A stretch of 64,000 bases of DNA. It comes from Eledone cirrhosa. Lineage: Eukaryota. The notes beneath the pieces were generated by a model, which was not told the origin of the DNA, ran no database searches, and saw nothing but the letters and a program-made list of their open reading frames with translations. The position numbers and the translations under genes are program-made. This document shows, piece by piece, positions 1 through 14,200 of this stretch. Numbering within the stretch: the first letter of the stretch is position 1; each line of letters opens with the position of its first letter. The DNA lies in assembly GCA_964016885.1 (NCBI GenBank), contig OZ024762.1:7378001-7442000 (forward strand). Reading direction: 5' to 3'.

Positions 1-1471
1 GCAACAAGGGCGGTGCCCCAGCATGGCCTCAGCCGGATGGCTGAAACAGGTAAAAGAGTATATGTGTATATATATATATAAATGTATATATATATATATA
101 TAGTAGAATATATATATATAATGATGTGTTCACCTATTAAAAATCCAGAAAATACTTTTAATATTGCCGTTTTCGTCTATAGCAAGTGTTGTTTCGAAAT
201 AATTTTTGCACCCATTTTTGCGATTAAGTAAAGACAGAGTTATCGTTCTTGAGATTTCGTCCTGGTGAAATTTAAGGAACTGATGTCGCTAAATCGCCAA
301 ATCATTTACCAGCACTGTTGCATCATGGGAGAGGTTATGCTTGAATTTTATTTTAAAATAAAAAGGCGAGTTTTTTAATTTACTCCTTGCCACCGTGTTT
401 GTTATTTGATATAAGTAAATAAATAAAAGAATTCATTCCATCCCACACCTCCCTGTAGTCGGAATATCTAATTACCATGATGTCGGGAGGGGTTAATGTA
501 AACAAAGGGCAATATATAATCGCTACACCGGCCTCATAATAATTACTATTGTTCTCCTAATTTTTCTTCAAAGTGATTTCGCTTCTTTATTTCATAGAAT
601 CATGGCTAATTAATTTAAAGCCACTCACTGACGATCTCCGGCCTCTCACCCTCAGATGTTCTGTCTTCTACAACCCCTTTTAAAACAATGAAAGGTGCAT
701 TCAAAGATGTAGATGTGGGTACCTTGATAATCATATAAACACAGGATGGTCACGGCAGGTATACCATCGATTACACACATGTCGAGTCATCTTGTCTTGC
801 TCGTTCAAGACCTGTGAATAAAAGTAAACAACAGCAACATGTCTCTACGTCTACGCTCCACTTGCTAGAAATAGAAGCCAGGTTTCCCAAGAATTACGGA
901 GGTGAATTAGCTGTGACACATGTAAATACAATCTTTTATATTTTATCTGTGTAGGAAGATATTAATAATGTTATTACTTTTGATTATGTATATGTAAATA
1001 TATGTCTTGATCGCTCAGGTCTGACTTGTCGATGAAAGTAAACAACAGCTACCTTATGAAATTTTCACAATTTAAACCCCAACAAAATGCATACAGACAT
1101 ATATAAGTGTATATATATATATATACTCGAAATTATATATATATATATACACGCGAAATTTTTGCACGGGGGACAAACAGTTCCCATAACCTGAATAGGT
1201 CCTCTGAGAACCGACTTATGTATATAGAATCAATGAGATACCAGCGTTGACCAATGTGTATATATGACTATCTAAAACTACATCTTCTAATGTGTCCTTC
1301 ATTATTTTAAAACGTGGCGAGCGATAAATATTTGGCTGCTATTTCCAGCAATAATTCTAATGTCACTTTTGTGTGAATATCTAGGAAGTAGTATATTCCC
1401 TTCTAAATCTTTCTTATTTGTTGGGGCTTGTTTAAGACGTCAGCCCCCGTCGGGCTTGACCCAGCAGAAGT

Positions 1472-1760
1472 ACGAAGGTTGGCTGACTATGAAGGACTGA
1501 TGCTAGAGCTGGGAAATCTTGCATGAATTAATTTCAACCCTTCTTATTAATAACTGCATTGTTTCTTTCCAAGTAAACTGACATCTGACTGTTGAAAGAG
1601 GACTTCAAATGTAATTAGTAATGACCTCTTGAAAATGGACAAAATTTGGCATCGTGGTATTATCAAGTACCTGTAGAAAAGGGGTTTATCCCCCAAGAAC
1701 ATTCATGTTGACAAGGTTGATACATTAAAGGATGATACTCCAGCTTTATCAACAATTCAA
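1472..1760 (+). mobile_element. Mariner-like transposon fossil (left end plus start of transposase, disrupted)
   Basis: Sub-terminal sequence ggctgactatgaaggactgatgctagagctg is shared with 51950-52280. From ~1635 it reads MDKIWHRGIIKYL*KRGLSPKNIHVDKVDTLKDDTPALSTIQ, resembling the mariner transposase N-terminal HTH; in-frame stop. Confidence 0.75.
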
Positions 1761-2879
1761 CAGGCTCTGGTCCACAATTATTGTCTCTCCTCCTTCTGCA
1801 CATTATACCTCTACTACAATGGTCTCTGCTCCTCCACAGCCCTTAAATATGCTGTTCCCTCTCTACCTCTACTACAATGGTCTCTGCTCCTCCCCAACCC
1901 CTAAATATGCTATTCCCTCTCTTCCTAGTCTACCTCTACTACACTGGTTCCTGCTCCTCACTAGCACTCCCCAGCCCCTAAATATGCTGTTTCCTCTCTA
2001 CCTTGTCTACCTCTACTACAGTGGTCTCTGCTTCTCCCCAGCCCCTAAATATGCCGTTCCCTCTGCCTATTCTATCTCTACTACTATAGTCCCTGCTCCT
2101 CAGAGGTTGCTGGTCTCCACTGAAACACTCATCAGTTATGTTGAAAGCCTCTGGTCTATATAGTCACTACATTGAAGACATCCCACTCTGTTTTCTTCAA
2201 ACCCACCATAACTTAATTCCTCTGCTGCTGTAGCTGAAACAATGGTTAGGTTTTTCACTCACCATGGATACCTTTCCATCCTGTTCTAAGTTAGCCTTAC
2301 CAGTGTCCATGGAGTCCATTGCTATACCATTCTTCCTCCTTCACACGACAATCACCTTATGTGTTGCCTTCTGTTATTTTTACCCTTTCAAAAAACCTAC
2401 AACCATAAGAAACTCCTTGTCCACAGTTCCTGAAAAGGTTTCGGGATAAAAGAACTGGTGTAAACCTCCTTTGAGATGTAACCTTGTAGGAGGTCAGTGT
2501 ATATATATATATATAGAGAGAGAGAGAAAGAGAGCAGGTAAAATTCCCGAGATCCATGGACGAGTTCTCTCCAGTGGTCTCTGTTCTCCATCATCGTCAC
2601 ATCTCTCCCAGAGACCAGTGTTTGTCCTTAGGGCATCAACATATATGTTGACAGAGTGTAGAGAGAGCGGTGGACAGGTGTAAGTGTATAGAGAGCTGGA
2701 TGATGATCAACGAGATTACAGGAAGGAAGAGAGGGAGTTTGAGTTAGATCTGGGGGTAAGAAGAGGCTGGACCATTTTAAGACCCTACTAGGAGAGCCAC
2801 CTTCGACAGCCCAGAATACCAGAGAGATCAGACAGCTGTTTGAGGAACTGGATATTGAGACAGGACCTTCGCCAGAGAG

Positions 2880-3122
2880 GGTCTTCAGAGAACCAAGAAG
2901 ATCAAGACCCATGGAGAAGATGGAGAGGCATCAAAAGTGATGAAGAGGTGTGATTTTGATGATATCATCCTGGAGTTCTGTAACCAGGCACTGGAGAAAG
3001 TTGCCCTTGATCACTAACATCATCTCAGTACCAAAGAAGGGAGATCTCTCTAACATGAACAACTACAGGGTAATCTCATTGATGTCACTTGTGGCGAAGA
3101 CCCTCAACAGAATCCAGCCCGA
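2880..3122 (+). mobile_element. RTE-clade LINE reverse-transcriptase fragment
   Basis: NIISVPKKGDLSNMNNYRVISLMSLVAKTLNRI matches the PKKGD..NYRGISL..K motif at the start of non-LTR RT; truncated by (TA)n. Confidence 0.8.
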
Positions 3123-3183
<61 letters not shown>

Positions 3184-6064
3184 ATATATATATATGTATA
3201 TTATAAGAATTTTCTGTACTATGGCCATATATTGTTTCCTTTATTTAAGTGTTGTGTTTGCACCACCTTAATCCATAAACTTTGGTGTAAGCAGGATTAA
3301 GCACTCTATGTATCCAACAGTGGTATTGGATTGCTTATAACACATTGAAATATCAGTGTATATATATATAGTTGTTTTTTTTTGTCCCTTTCATTTCATA
3401 AAACCAAATACCTAGTTAGCTACAACTACACTGTACTAAACACACTATATATATACTATTTATGATGATGTCCAAGGATGATTCAAGTTAGCATTAGTTA
3501 CATTCTAGAAATATCCCATATTGTTCAATGCACACTCTGAAGGTTTCCTTTTAGTCTTCCTCACATGAAACAGAACTATCAGAGTCATTCCTTTTCCCCG
3601 ATGAATCACGAACATCATAAAGTTGGACATGAGTTGGCAGTGAATTTTGATTGCTCCACCAAGTCCTATGATAATGAACCTAACCACAATATCTCACAGT
3701 TCTAGCATCACTCCTTCAAAGTCAGCCTATGAGCTTTTCAGTAGAGAAGAATGTTTATATAAATGTAGCTTTGTGTGTCTGTCTAGAGAAGATTTAGTTG
3801 TGTTTATTTGACAAGGTAAGTATTTATATATAACTGTATCTATGTGTAAGTCTAGAGTAGGTTTAATTTCTTAGAAGAGCTATATATAAATGTAGCTTTA
3901 TATGTTGTGTGTGTAGAGAGAGATGTTTTGTTTATTAGACAAAGTAAGTATGTATATATGAATGTAACAGAATGCCTTCAGTTCTCTGAATTAAAATCCT
4001 GCTGAGGTCAAGTTTGCCTTTCATCCATTTGAGGTTGATAAAACAAAGTACCAGTCTAGTATTGAGGTTGATTCTTCTGTTTCTCTGGAAGAAATCTGCT
4101 GTATTCAGACCTGGAGAGGAGATGGGTCTGCCAGGTTTTAAAAAGTGCCCTAGAAATACTGTATGTCAATGTGTGGCCTGTATGACTCCCTTAGGAGTTG
4201 CAGGTCCATGCATACATGTAACTCTCACAGTTTGGAAGTTCTGCATTCATCACATTGCTCCAGTATTCACAGCCGAGGAGTTAGTCCTGTGGTAGACCAG
4301 CGTACTATCCAGGGAGAGTCTTGTACTCTCAGACACTTAACACCAAGCAAACTGGTCATAAGCTGAGAACAGTCTTTATATATTATACTAAATTTTGGTC
4401 TAATCACATATCGATGAAGGAAATCATGGTCTTAAGATGCTTATTACACAAATTGATTAGTGATTGATACTAATTACTAAGATCGATGGTTTGCATTTTT
4501 TATTTTCTGTATTAACATAAACATTACTATCTTGAAGTAAATATACTTATTGTTCTGTATATATATATAAGTATTAGTATTAAATACTAGTAGTTTAAAC
4601 TTGTTACATATAGAAACGGGATGGACGTGAGGTAACACGGTCGTGAAAAAGTAATTTCTTTCTGAAAATATTTCGGAGACGAAGTATAATATTGATAATT
4701 ATTGGGTAGAGATCTCAACTCTCACCATACGAAATATATTCAGAAAGAGATATTTCCCCACGCCCTCAGTTATCTTGTCTTCATTCCGTTTCTATATATA
4801 TATTTTTTTAATAAATAAAATTCTAACTATAAGTATGACTAATTTACTCAGTAGAGTTGCGCTCTGTGCATGGCGCTGCACGTAACGTTTCGGGCTTCGC
4901 TATCGTACTTCGGTATGACATAGCCATTCTATGTGTCTGAAGATCGAATCGCTGCGGGGCCAGCCCGGCTTTATGCTGGCCTGCGTCTCCACCTCGCATT
5001 GAAATTTTTACAAAAAAATTCGCTGAGAGTTATCCCCCTTTGTTTGAATTACTTGCCCCTGATTGGAACTCTTCTCGTTTGTTGTCATTTTTTTTATTGA
5101 ATTGAACTGTTAACATCGTTTGCATTTACTCGTGTAATTTGATAGAATCAGTCTGGATATTATACTAATGGTGAGGGGTATGTAATGTTTTATTTGCCGT
5201 ATATACACTTACAGACATACATTATTCTATATGCCTTTCATCCTTATGGGGTCGATAAAATAAAGTACCAGTAATACACTGGATAATTGCTGGCCTTGTG
5301 TCAAAAGTAGAAACAATTATTCTATATACAGAAAGATTTTAGAAACGTACATATTGTTTTATTTAAACCTAAATACACACACAAAACTAGATTTATATAT
5401 ATAAATGTTCTTTAGCTGAGGTAAAATACCCTCTAATTTACCTACACGAACGCTTTTTTTTGCCATGTATATTTTAATTTATTGCTAAACACTCGAAAAT
5501 ACAGTCTTAGATATATATTAACATTCTTTAGTGTATGCATTCACTTCTCTAATCCATACACTGGAAGAAACGTTTCCTATCTAGATATATATACACATAT
5601 AAAGCTACATTTATATATACACCTTCATTCTTCTAGAGAGGTATGTAATGTTTTAGTTGTCCCTTAAATTCATCGATAAACACGTAGTTATTCCTGAGAC
5701 AAGAATATACTTTACTACCCTTTATATACAGGAGGAATGTTAGAGACGTATATGTATAATATAACCGTCTTTTTACTAAGAATAATAACTAAAACCCCTT
5801 CATACTCAGAAAAACTAAACATTCTATCTACATACACCGCTTTCTGTCTTATTCATAGTGGTACATTGTTAGAAGTAACTAAGCCTTCTCTCGAAACTAT
5901 CATTGCATATTCTAAAATCCACTTCTTTATATACTATATTTAGGTTTAATCAATACATATATTGATGATTGGAATCATGGTCTTAAGATTACCCAAATCG
6001 ATACTAACTATTACAAATACAGATCTCTCTAAGGCTATGTTGCCTACATATTAATTGTTCTGAA

Positions 6065-6245
6065 AAGATGCACCAGTCTTCTCCTCTATGGAGCAGAAAC
6101 GTGGCCCCTCAAAAAGACGATTGACAGCAGAGCCCTGAGGACCGTCTAAAACATCAGATGGGACCACCACGGTGACGCATCAGCCCACAGCCTTACTCTC
6201 GTTCAACGCAGTAGCACCTGGTCGGCTCTACCCATGATGATGCCG
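6065..6245 (+). mobile_element. RTE-LINE 3' fragment (mirror copy ~13815-13990 on minus)
   Basis: Encodes LLYGAETWPLKKT, a typical post-RT RTE motif; ends in gatgatgatg. Confidence 0.65.
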
Positions 6246-8716
6246 GTCTAGCCTAACAAGTATAGATGTACAAAATACTCGAATATAAGGTGACCCTCCT
6301 CCCTATCTTATGTCTGAGAAGTGGGCAAAAATCCGAAGCTCATTTACGTAGAATTTGAAGTTGGCGAAAATGGTCAAACTATTGACTCCCTATATACGTC
6401 AACCCGTTTCTACATATTCCGTTATATATGTACAAAATACTAGCAGTTCCTTAATGGCTATATGTCCTGTTATATTTATATATAGAGAGAAACGGAAAGA
6501 AAGCTAGATAACACTCGGAATATGTCGTGTTATCTCGCTTTCTTTCCGTTTCTTTTTTTTTTTAAAAAAGAAGGAAAATGTTAGCTATAAGTATGACTAT
6601 TTGACTCTGTAGAATTGCGGCTTGTGCGTGGTGCTGCACGTAGCGTTTCTGGCTTCGATGTGGCATGACCACTCGATCGTGTCTGAAGTTCGAACCGTTG
6701 CGGGGGTCGGCCGGGACCACAGCAGGCTGGCTTTATGCCGGCATGCTCTCCCCCTCGCATGAGATTTTGCCAAAAAAACTTGATGAGAGTTATCTCCCCT
6801 TGATTTGAATTATTTGCCCTTTGTTAAGATTGAACTACTTCCGGTTTGTGGAACTCTTCTTCCTTTGTTGACATTTCTTTTCAGTGTATTGAAGCGGTAA
6901 CGTTATTCTATTTACTCTGGGACTATTACTGATATTTGGATATTACGTTCGTGTAAAGAGGTATGTAAAGTTTTATTTGCCCTATATATACACTCACAGA
7001 TGTTATTGAGACACAAAAATACACATAACTTGTTGTAATGTCTTTTAAATATATTCTAAACACTCACATATAGCTACATTTATATATACAAACACTCTTC
7101 CTATTTAAACGTATATATTTTGAGAATCATAACTAAATATATACGCAGCTACCTCTTCTAACTAAACATACATGTTACCCTCCTTTATTATGAAACAAAA
7201 CTAAACATGATCTGTATACACACACAGCTACCTCTTCCAACATGTTACTTTACTTTATTATGAGACAACTAAATCCTCTCTCGATACATACTTGCAAGGA
7301 AATATAACCAAGCCTCCTCTCTATACACTTTTTATTATCTTCTGTATATAAACCTTATACCATCGTTTATATCTGAATACACACTGACAGATATTCTATA
7401 TACAAGAAGACACTTTTTCACGTAAATACATAAACACTTCAGGCATATTTATTCTAAACATTCACCATGTAGAGGAAGAATCCTGGGGACATACGTACAC
7501 ATGAAGCTATATTCATATATAAACGGTCTCCCTTCTATCATAACAGATACTTATGAGGCGCAATATACAAACTTGTTCATACTGGAATAATAGACATGAA
7601 ACTAAACCTTCTCTAGACATATGAATATAGAAGCTAAACCATACAGTTATATTTTATATCTAACGAAGCATGGTAGCTCCATTACTCTGCCGTAAGACTC
7701 CTTATTACTACTTCTAGCATCCTCACCTGCTTGATAGCTACATCATCCATATATAAACGTTCTTCACTAGATACAAAACTAAACCTTTATATATACACAA
7801 CTAACCTATTTTATATTCCTAAGGACCAGACCTGGAGACTACTACAACCCTATCTCAAGAAGAAAGGTAAATAAATTGTGAAATAAAAGAATAAACCAGT
7901 ATTTTCCTTTGTTGCCTTATTATTTACTCCCTGTATATATACACACACTAGACACCTCTTACACTGTAGGAAGACAAAAACCTTCTGTCACTGTATACTA
8001 GATTCATATTATATAAATTATTTCCTAGATACACACCTATTAGAAACAAGCCATCTCTATATACAGGTAAATAACATCAATGTAGACATGTCTGTATATA
8101 AGAAACTGTATTCTATAGAATATATCTAAACCCACATTGTGTGTCTCTTTATATTATACACGTGTATGTAGAAACCTGGAAGTGAACATCATACATATAT
8201 AAGATAAGAGGTTTTGATCTGTACATACATATCAATACATACCTCTCTTAGGAAACTACTACTATTGTTCTCCTAGTTGTGTATAAGGATCTCACAGTAG
8301 AACGTGTACATGCTTCCTAAGAAGCAAGAGAGCTAACTGTATAAATACAAAGAAATTTAGTGTTCTTTACATACACACATATATAGAAAAACTGTATTCA
8401 ATGACACACAAAGCTTACTTCATGTCTATAATATACCTTCTTCTCTATATTGGAAGAAGTACCTCCATTATATATTGAAGTTGTGTTCAATAGAGTACAG
8501 TATGTAGAACCATATGTACGCAGTTACCCTTTTCTTTAAAGGATACATCAATACCCTGTTCTCCTCCAGACAGGCATACTCACCATATAAACACTTTTGT
8601 GTATATAAAGCATATCTTCATTGTAGATTTAGAAGTTACACTACACAGATATAAAGACAACATACATATTAATACACTAGACTACAGTATTATATAAATA
8701 TAGCTAAGGAATTAAA

Positions 8717-11270
8717 GATGTATGTATGTATGTCTATATATATACATACATATGTATATATATATATACATACATATGTATGTATATATATATATACATA
8801 CATATGTACGCATACATACATACGTATGTATATATACATGTGTATATATATATGCATACATAGGTAAGTATATATACATACATAGGTATATATACATGTT
8901 TATGTATATATACATACGTATGTATATAAATATGCATACATATGTATGTATACATATATGTTTATGTATATATACATACATATGTACGTATGTATATATA
9001 TATACATACGTATGTATATATACATACATATGTATATATATACATACGTATGTATGCATATATACATACGTATGTATGCATACACACGTATGTATGTATA
9101 CATACATACGTATGTATACATAAGCATGTATATATACATACGTATGTATGTATATATATAAATACATATGTATGTAAACATACGTACGTGTGTATGCATA
9201 CATACGTATGTATATATACATATGTATGTATATATATACATACGTATGTATGCATACACACGTACGTATGTTTACATATGTATATATACATATGCATACA
9301 TACGTATGTATATATATATACATACGCATGTATACATACATACGTACGTGTGTATGCATACATATGTATGTATATATACATACGTATGTATGTATATATA
9401 CATACGTATATATATACGTATGTATGCATATGTATATATACGTACATATACATACATATGTATGTATATATACATGCATACATACGTATGTACGTACGCA
9501 TGTATACATACATACGTATGTATGTATACATGCGTATGTATATATACATACATAGTTACGTGTGTATGCATACATACGTATGTATGTATATATACATACA
9601 TATGTATATATACATGCATACATACGTATGTTTACATATGTATGTATATATATATATATACATACGTATGTATATATATACATACGTATGTATAAATATA
9701 TACATACGTATGTATATATATATATACATACGTATGTATATATATATACATACGTATGTATGCATACACACGTATGTATGTATACATACATATGTATGTA
9801 TACATACATATGTATGTATACATACATATGTATGTATACATACATATGTATATATATGTATGTATATATACATGCATACATACGTATGTATATATATATA
9901 TGTATGTATACATGCGTATGTATGTATAAATACATACATATGTATGTAAACATACGTACGTGTGTATGCATACATACGTATGTATATATACATATGTATA
10001 TATACATACGTATGTATGCATACACACGTACGTATATTTACATATGTATATATAAATACGCATACATACGTATGTATATATCCATACGTATGTATATACA
10101 TGCATATGTATATACATACATATGTATGTATATATACATACGCATGTATATTTACGTATGTATGTATACATACATACGCGTGTATGCATACATACGTATA
10201 TATACATATGTATATATACGTATGTATATATACATACATACATATGTATGTATATGTACCTATACATATGTATGTATATGTACGTATATATACATACGCA
10301 TGTATATATACACACGTATGTATATATACGTACATATACATACATATGTATATATACATACGTATGTATATATACGTACATATACATACATATGTATATA
10401 TACATACGTATGTATGTATAGGTACATACATGTGTATGTATATATACATATGTATGTATATATATACATATGTATGTATATATACATACGTATATATATA
10501 CATACATATGTATATATACATACGTATGTATGCATACACACGTACGTATGTATATATACATACGTATGTATGCATACATATGTATGTATATGTACCTATA
10601 CATACATATGTATGTATATGTACGTATATATACATACGTATGTATATATACACACGTATGTATATGTACGTATATATATATACATACGTATGTATATATA
10701 CATACGTATGTATATATATACACACGTATGTATATATATGCATACATACGTATGTATATACATACATACGTATGTATATATATACATACATATGTATGTA
10801 TACATACATGTTTATGTATGTATGCATACATACGTATGTATACATACATACGTATGTATATATACATACGTACGTATGTATGCATACATGTATGTATATA
10901 TACATACATATGTATGCATACATACATATGTATATATATATCTATACATATGTATGTATACATACATACATATGTATATATACATACGTATGTATGTACA
11001 TATACATATGTATATATATGCATACGTATGTAAATATACATACATATGTATATACATACATATGTATATATATACATATGTATATATACACATGTATATA
11101 TACATACACATGTATGTATATATACATACATATGTATGTATTTATATACATACGTATGTATTTATATACATACATGTGTATATATATACATACATATGTA
11201 TGGAGATATACATACACATGTATATATATATACATACATATGTATATATATATATATACATACATATGTA
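8717..11270. repeat. 2.55-kb complex alternating purine-pyrimidine microsatellite (TA/TACA/TATG/TACG units)
   Basis: Direct inspection; source of the spurious Y/I/H/T/M/C ORFs on both strands. Confidence 0.97.
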
Positions 11271-14200
11271 TATAAATATAGCTAAGGAGTTAAAATTTCT
11301 TCACTAGACAGAGATAAGTATGTGTATTCTATAGGATACTATTACCTTAAAACCATGTGTATATATATAAACTTACTTCTATAGAATCCATACATATTAA
11401 CACCCTTCTATCTCTAGGCATATGTATACATACAGAAAGAAATGGCCTCACTAGAATACTGCATTATATATACATTTCTTTCATGAAAGATGTTTCGAAC
11501 TGAATTCATACTTCTATCCCTATATACATACTGGGAGAGATATAGAATACAAATTTATTCTATATACAGAAGGAAATAAACTTACTAGAATACTGTATAT
11601 ATAAACGTTTATAATATGAAATTTCTTTATTAATATACTTACTGGTAAGTATGAGAGAGATATAGAATACCTATATACACAGAAAGAAATAAACTTGCTA
11701 GGATTACTGTATTATATATACACAGACATTAATTAATCTATTCTATATATACACTTCTTTCAAGAGGGATGTTTCTCACTAATTACATTAATTGTTCTCC
11801 TCTAGAAAGAAACCGTACTCTCTGTATATAAGAAACCGAATTCTCTCGTATCTTAATACCTTTTTATCTCTAGGCATGTGTTTTACAATACAGTATCTAA
11901 ATACATATAATACGAATGGAAGTTAAACGATCTACCTGTGTATATATATAATAAAAAACAATGTTCTATAGAATATACTTACTTATATGTGAAATAAAGA
12001 TCAATAAATAAACTACATTTTGTTGTTGGAGTTATTTTATTTCTTGAGACGACTGTGTGTATTTACACACTCAGGTGAGCTGGCGGAGATCTTCAACATA
12101 CCTGGAAAGAAACAGAAGGTATTAATAAAAACAATCCAGATTACACAGCTCTAACACCAATAATTGTCTGGATGCAGAAATCAAACCTCTTTATCCTGAA
12201 CAGTTTAGTTTCTTAGGAGAGTGGGTATAGGGCTGTGAAACACAGTTTCTTATATGAATCTAGATACGGTATTACTGTATATATGGGTTTTTTTTAATTT
12301 ATTATAGAGAAGGATAGTAAATAAAATAGATGTTACAGAGGAGTCTCTACATACAAAAAGTAGATTCTTTGCTGTGTACACACAATATCTAGTAGTAAGT
12401 TTCTATATATATAGAAGTGTATTATATACACACATGTGTACAATATTTATATAACAAGGGAGTGTATTCTATAGAATGTCTTCTACATACAAAGAATAGA
12501 TGCCTTGATAAAATATCCTCGGGAAAAGTAGTAGAGAATAGGGTTTTAACTTTGTCTTGTGTGTATGTAGATGCTGCATATATATACAATACTTCGAAGT
12601 AAGTGTGTTTATGTATAGAGAGATCGTCTGTATTCTATATACTACAGTTTCTTATATAGCTCTGTATGATGAGGGTATATACCTTTCTTCTAGGTAAGTA
12701 TATACAGAGATACGATTATAATATAAATATATAGTTGTTAAAAAGGTATATGAAGTGTGCAAGAGAGTGGTGATGCCGAGGTAACTCGACGTAGAAATTA
12801 CGATGGTATAGTATAAGGTTTATATACAGAATATAATAAAATGTGTATAGAGAGAAGGCTTCGTTATATTTACTTACAGATGCTTCATGATAGAGGAAAG
12901 TAACATGTATGTTTAGTTAGAAGAGGTAGCTACGTGTATATATTATTGTGTTAAGAGTAAATTTAAAAGACATGGCAACTAAGACATTACGAGAATGTAT
13001 GCATTTTTGTGTCTCAATAATATCTGTGAGTGTGTATATACAGCAAATAAGACTTTACATACCTTTTTACACGAACGTAATATCCTAATATCAGTAATAG
13101 TCCCAGAGTAAATAGAATGATGATACGTCTTCAATATACTGAAAAGAAATGTCAACAAAGGAAGAAGAGTTCCACAATCCGGAAGTAGTTTAATCTCAAC
13201 AAAGGGCAAATAATTCAAATCAAGGGGAGATAACTCTCATCAAGTTTTTTTGGCAAAAACTCATGCGAGGCGGGAGAGCAGGCCAGCATAAAGCCAGCCT
13301 GCAACGGTCCCGGCCGACCCCGCAACGATTCGAACTTCAGACACGATCGAGTGGTCATGCCATACCGAAGTACGACAGCGAAGCCAGAAACGCTACGTGC
13401 AGCGCCACGCACAAGCCGCAATTCTACAGAGTCAAATAGTCATACTTATAGCTAAAGTTTTCTTTCTTTTTTAAAAAAAAAGAAACGGAAAGAAAGCGAG
13501 ATAACACGACATATTCCGAGTGTTATCTAGCTTTCTTTCCGTTTCTCTCTAAATATAAATATAACGGGATATATAGCCATTAAGGAACTGCTAGTATTTT
13601 GTACATATATAACGGGATATACACGAATAGAAGCCAGGGATTATGTAGAAACGGGTTGACTTATATAGGGAGTCAATAGTTTGACCATTTTCGTCAACTT
13701 CAAATTCTACGTAAATAAGCTTCGGATTTTTGCCCACTTCTCAGACATAAGATAGGGAGGAGGGTCACCTTATATTCGAGTATTTTGTACATCTATTCTT
13801 GTTAGACTAGACCGGCATCATCATGGGTAGAGCCGACCAGGTGCTACTGCGTTGAACGAGAGTAAGGCTGTGGGCTGATGCATCACCGTGGTGGTCCCAT
13901 CTGATGTTTTAGATGGTCCTCAGGGCTCTGCTGTCAATCGTCTTTGTGAGGGGCCACGTTTCTGCTCCATAGAGGAGAATACTGATGCATCTTTTCAGAA
14001 CAATTAATATGTACGTAACATAGCCTTAGACAGATCTGTATTTGTAATAGTTAGTATCGATTTGGGTAATCTTAAGACCACGATTCCAATCATCAATATA
14101 TGTATTGATTAAACTTAAATATAGTATATAAAGAAGTGGATCTTAAAATATGCAATGATAGTGTCGAGAGAAGGCTTAGTTAATTATCTAACAATGTACC

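Noticed and set aside
1732-2163. 143-aa Pro/Leu/Ser-rich ORF
   Set aside because: Built from a degenerate ~60-bp tandem repeat fused to a mariner fossil.
6603-6720. 5.8S rRNA, tRNA or snRNA identity for the CpG-rich block
   Set aside because: Only scattered short matches; the conserved GATGAAGAACG of 5.8S is absent, there is no cloverleaf or Sm site, and no flanking rDNA.
8712-11307. Many long ORFs (up to 581 aa) on both strands
   Set aside because: Translations of an RY microsatellite that lacks stop codons; the same applies at 20600-21330, 42930-43290 and 52550-53120.
13215-13439. Short ORFs over the CpG-rich block (68 aa minus; 58 aa plus from 13263)
   Set aside because: Paralogous copies at 4851 and 6610 have frame-breaking indels.
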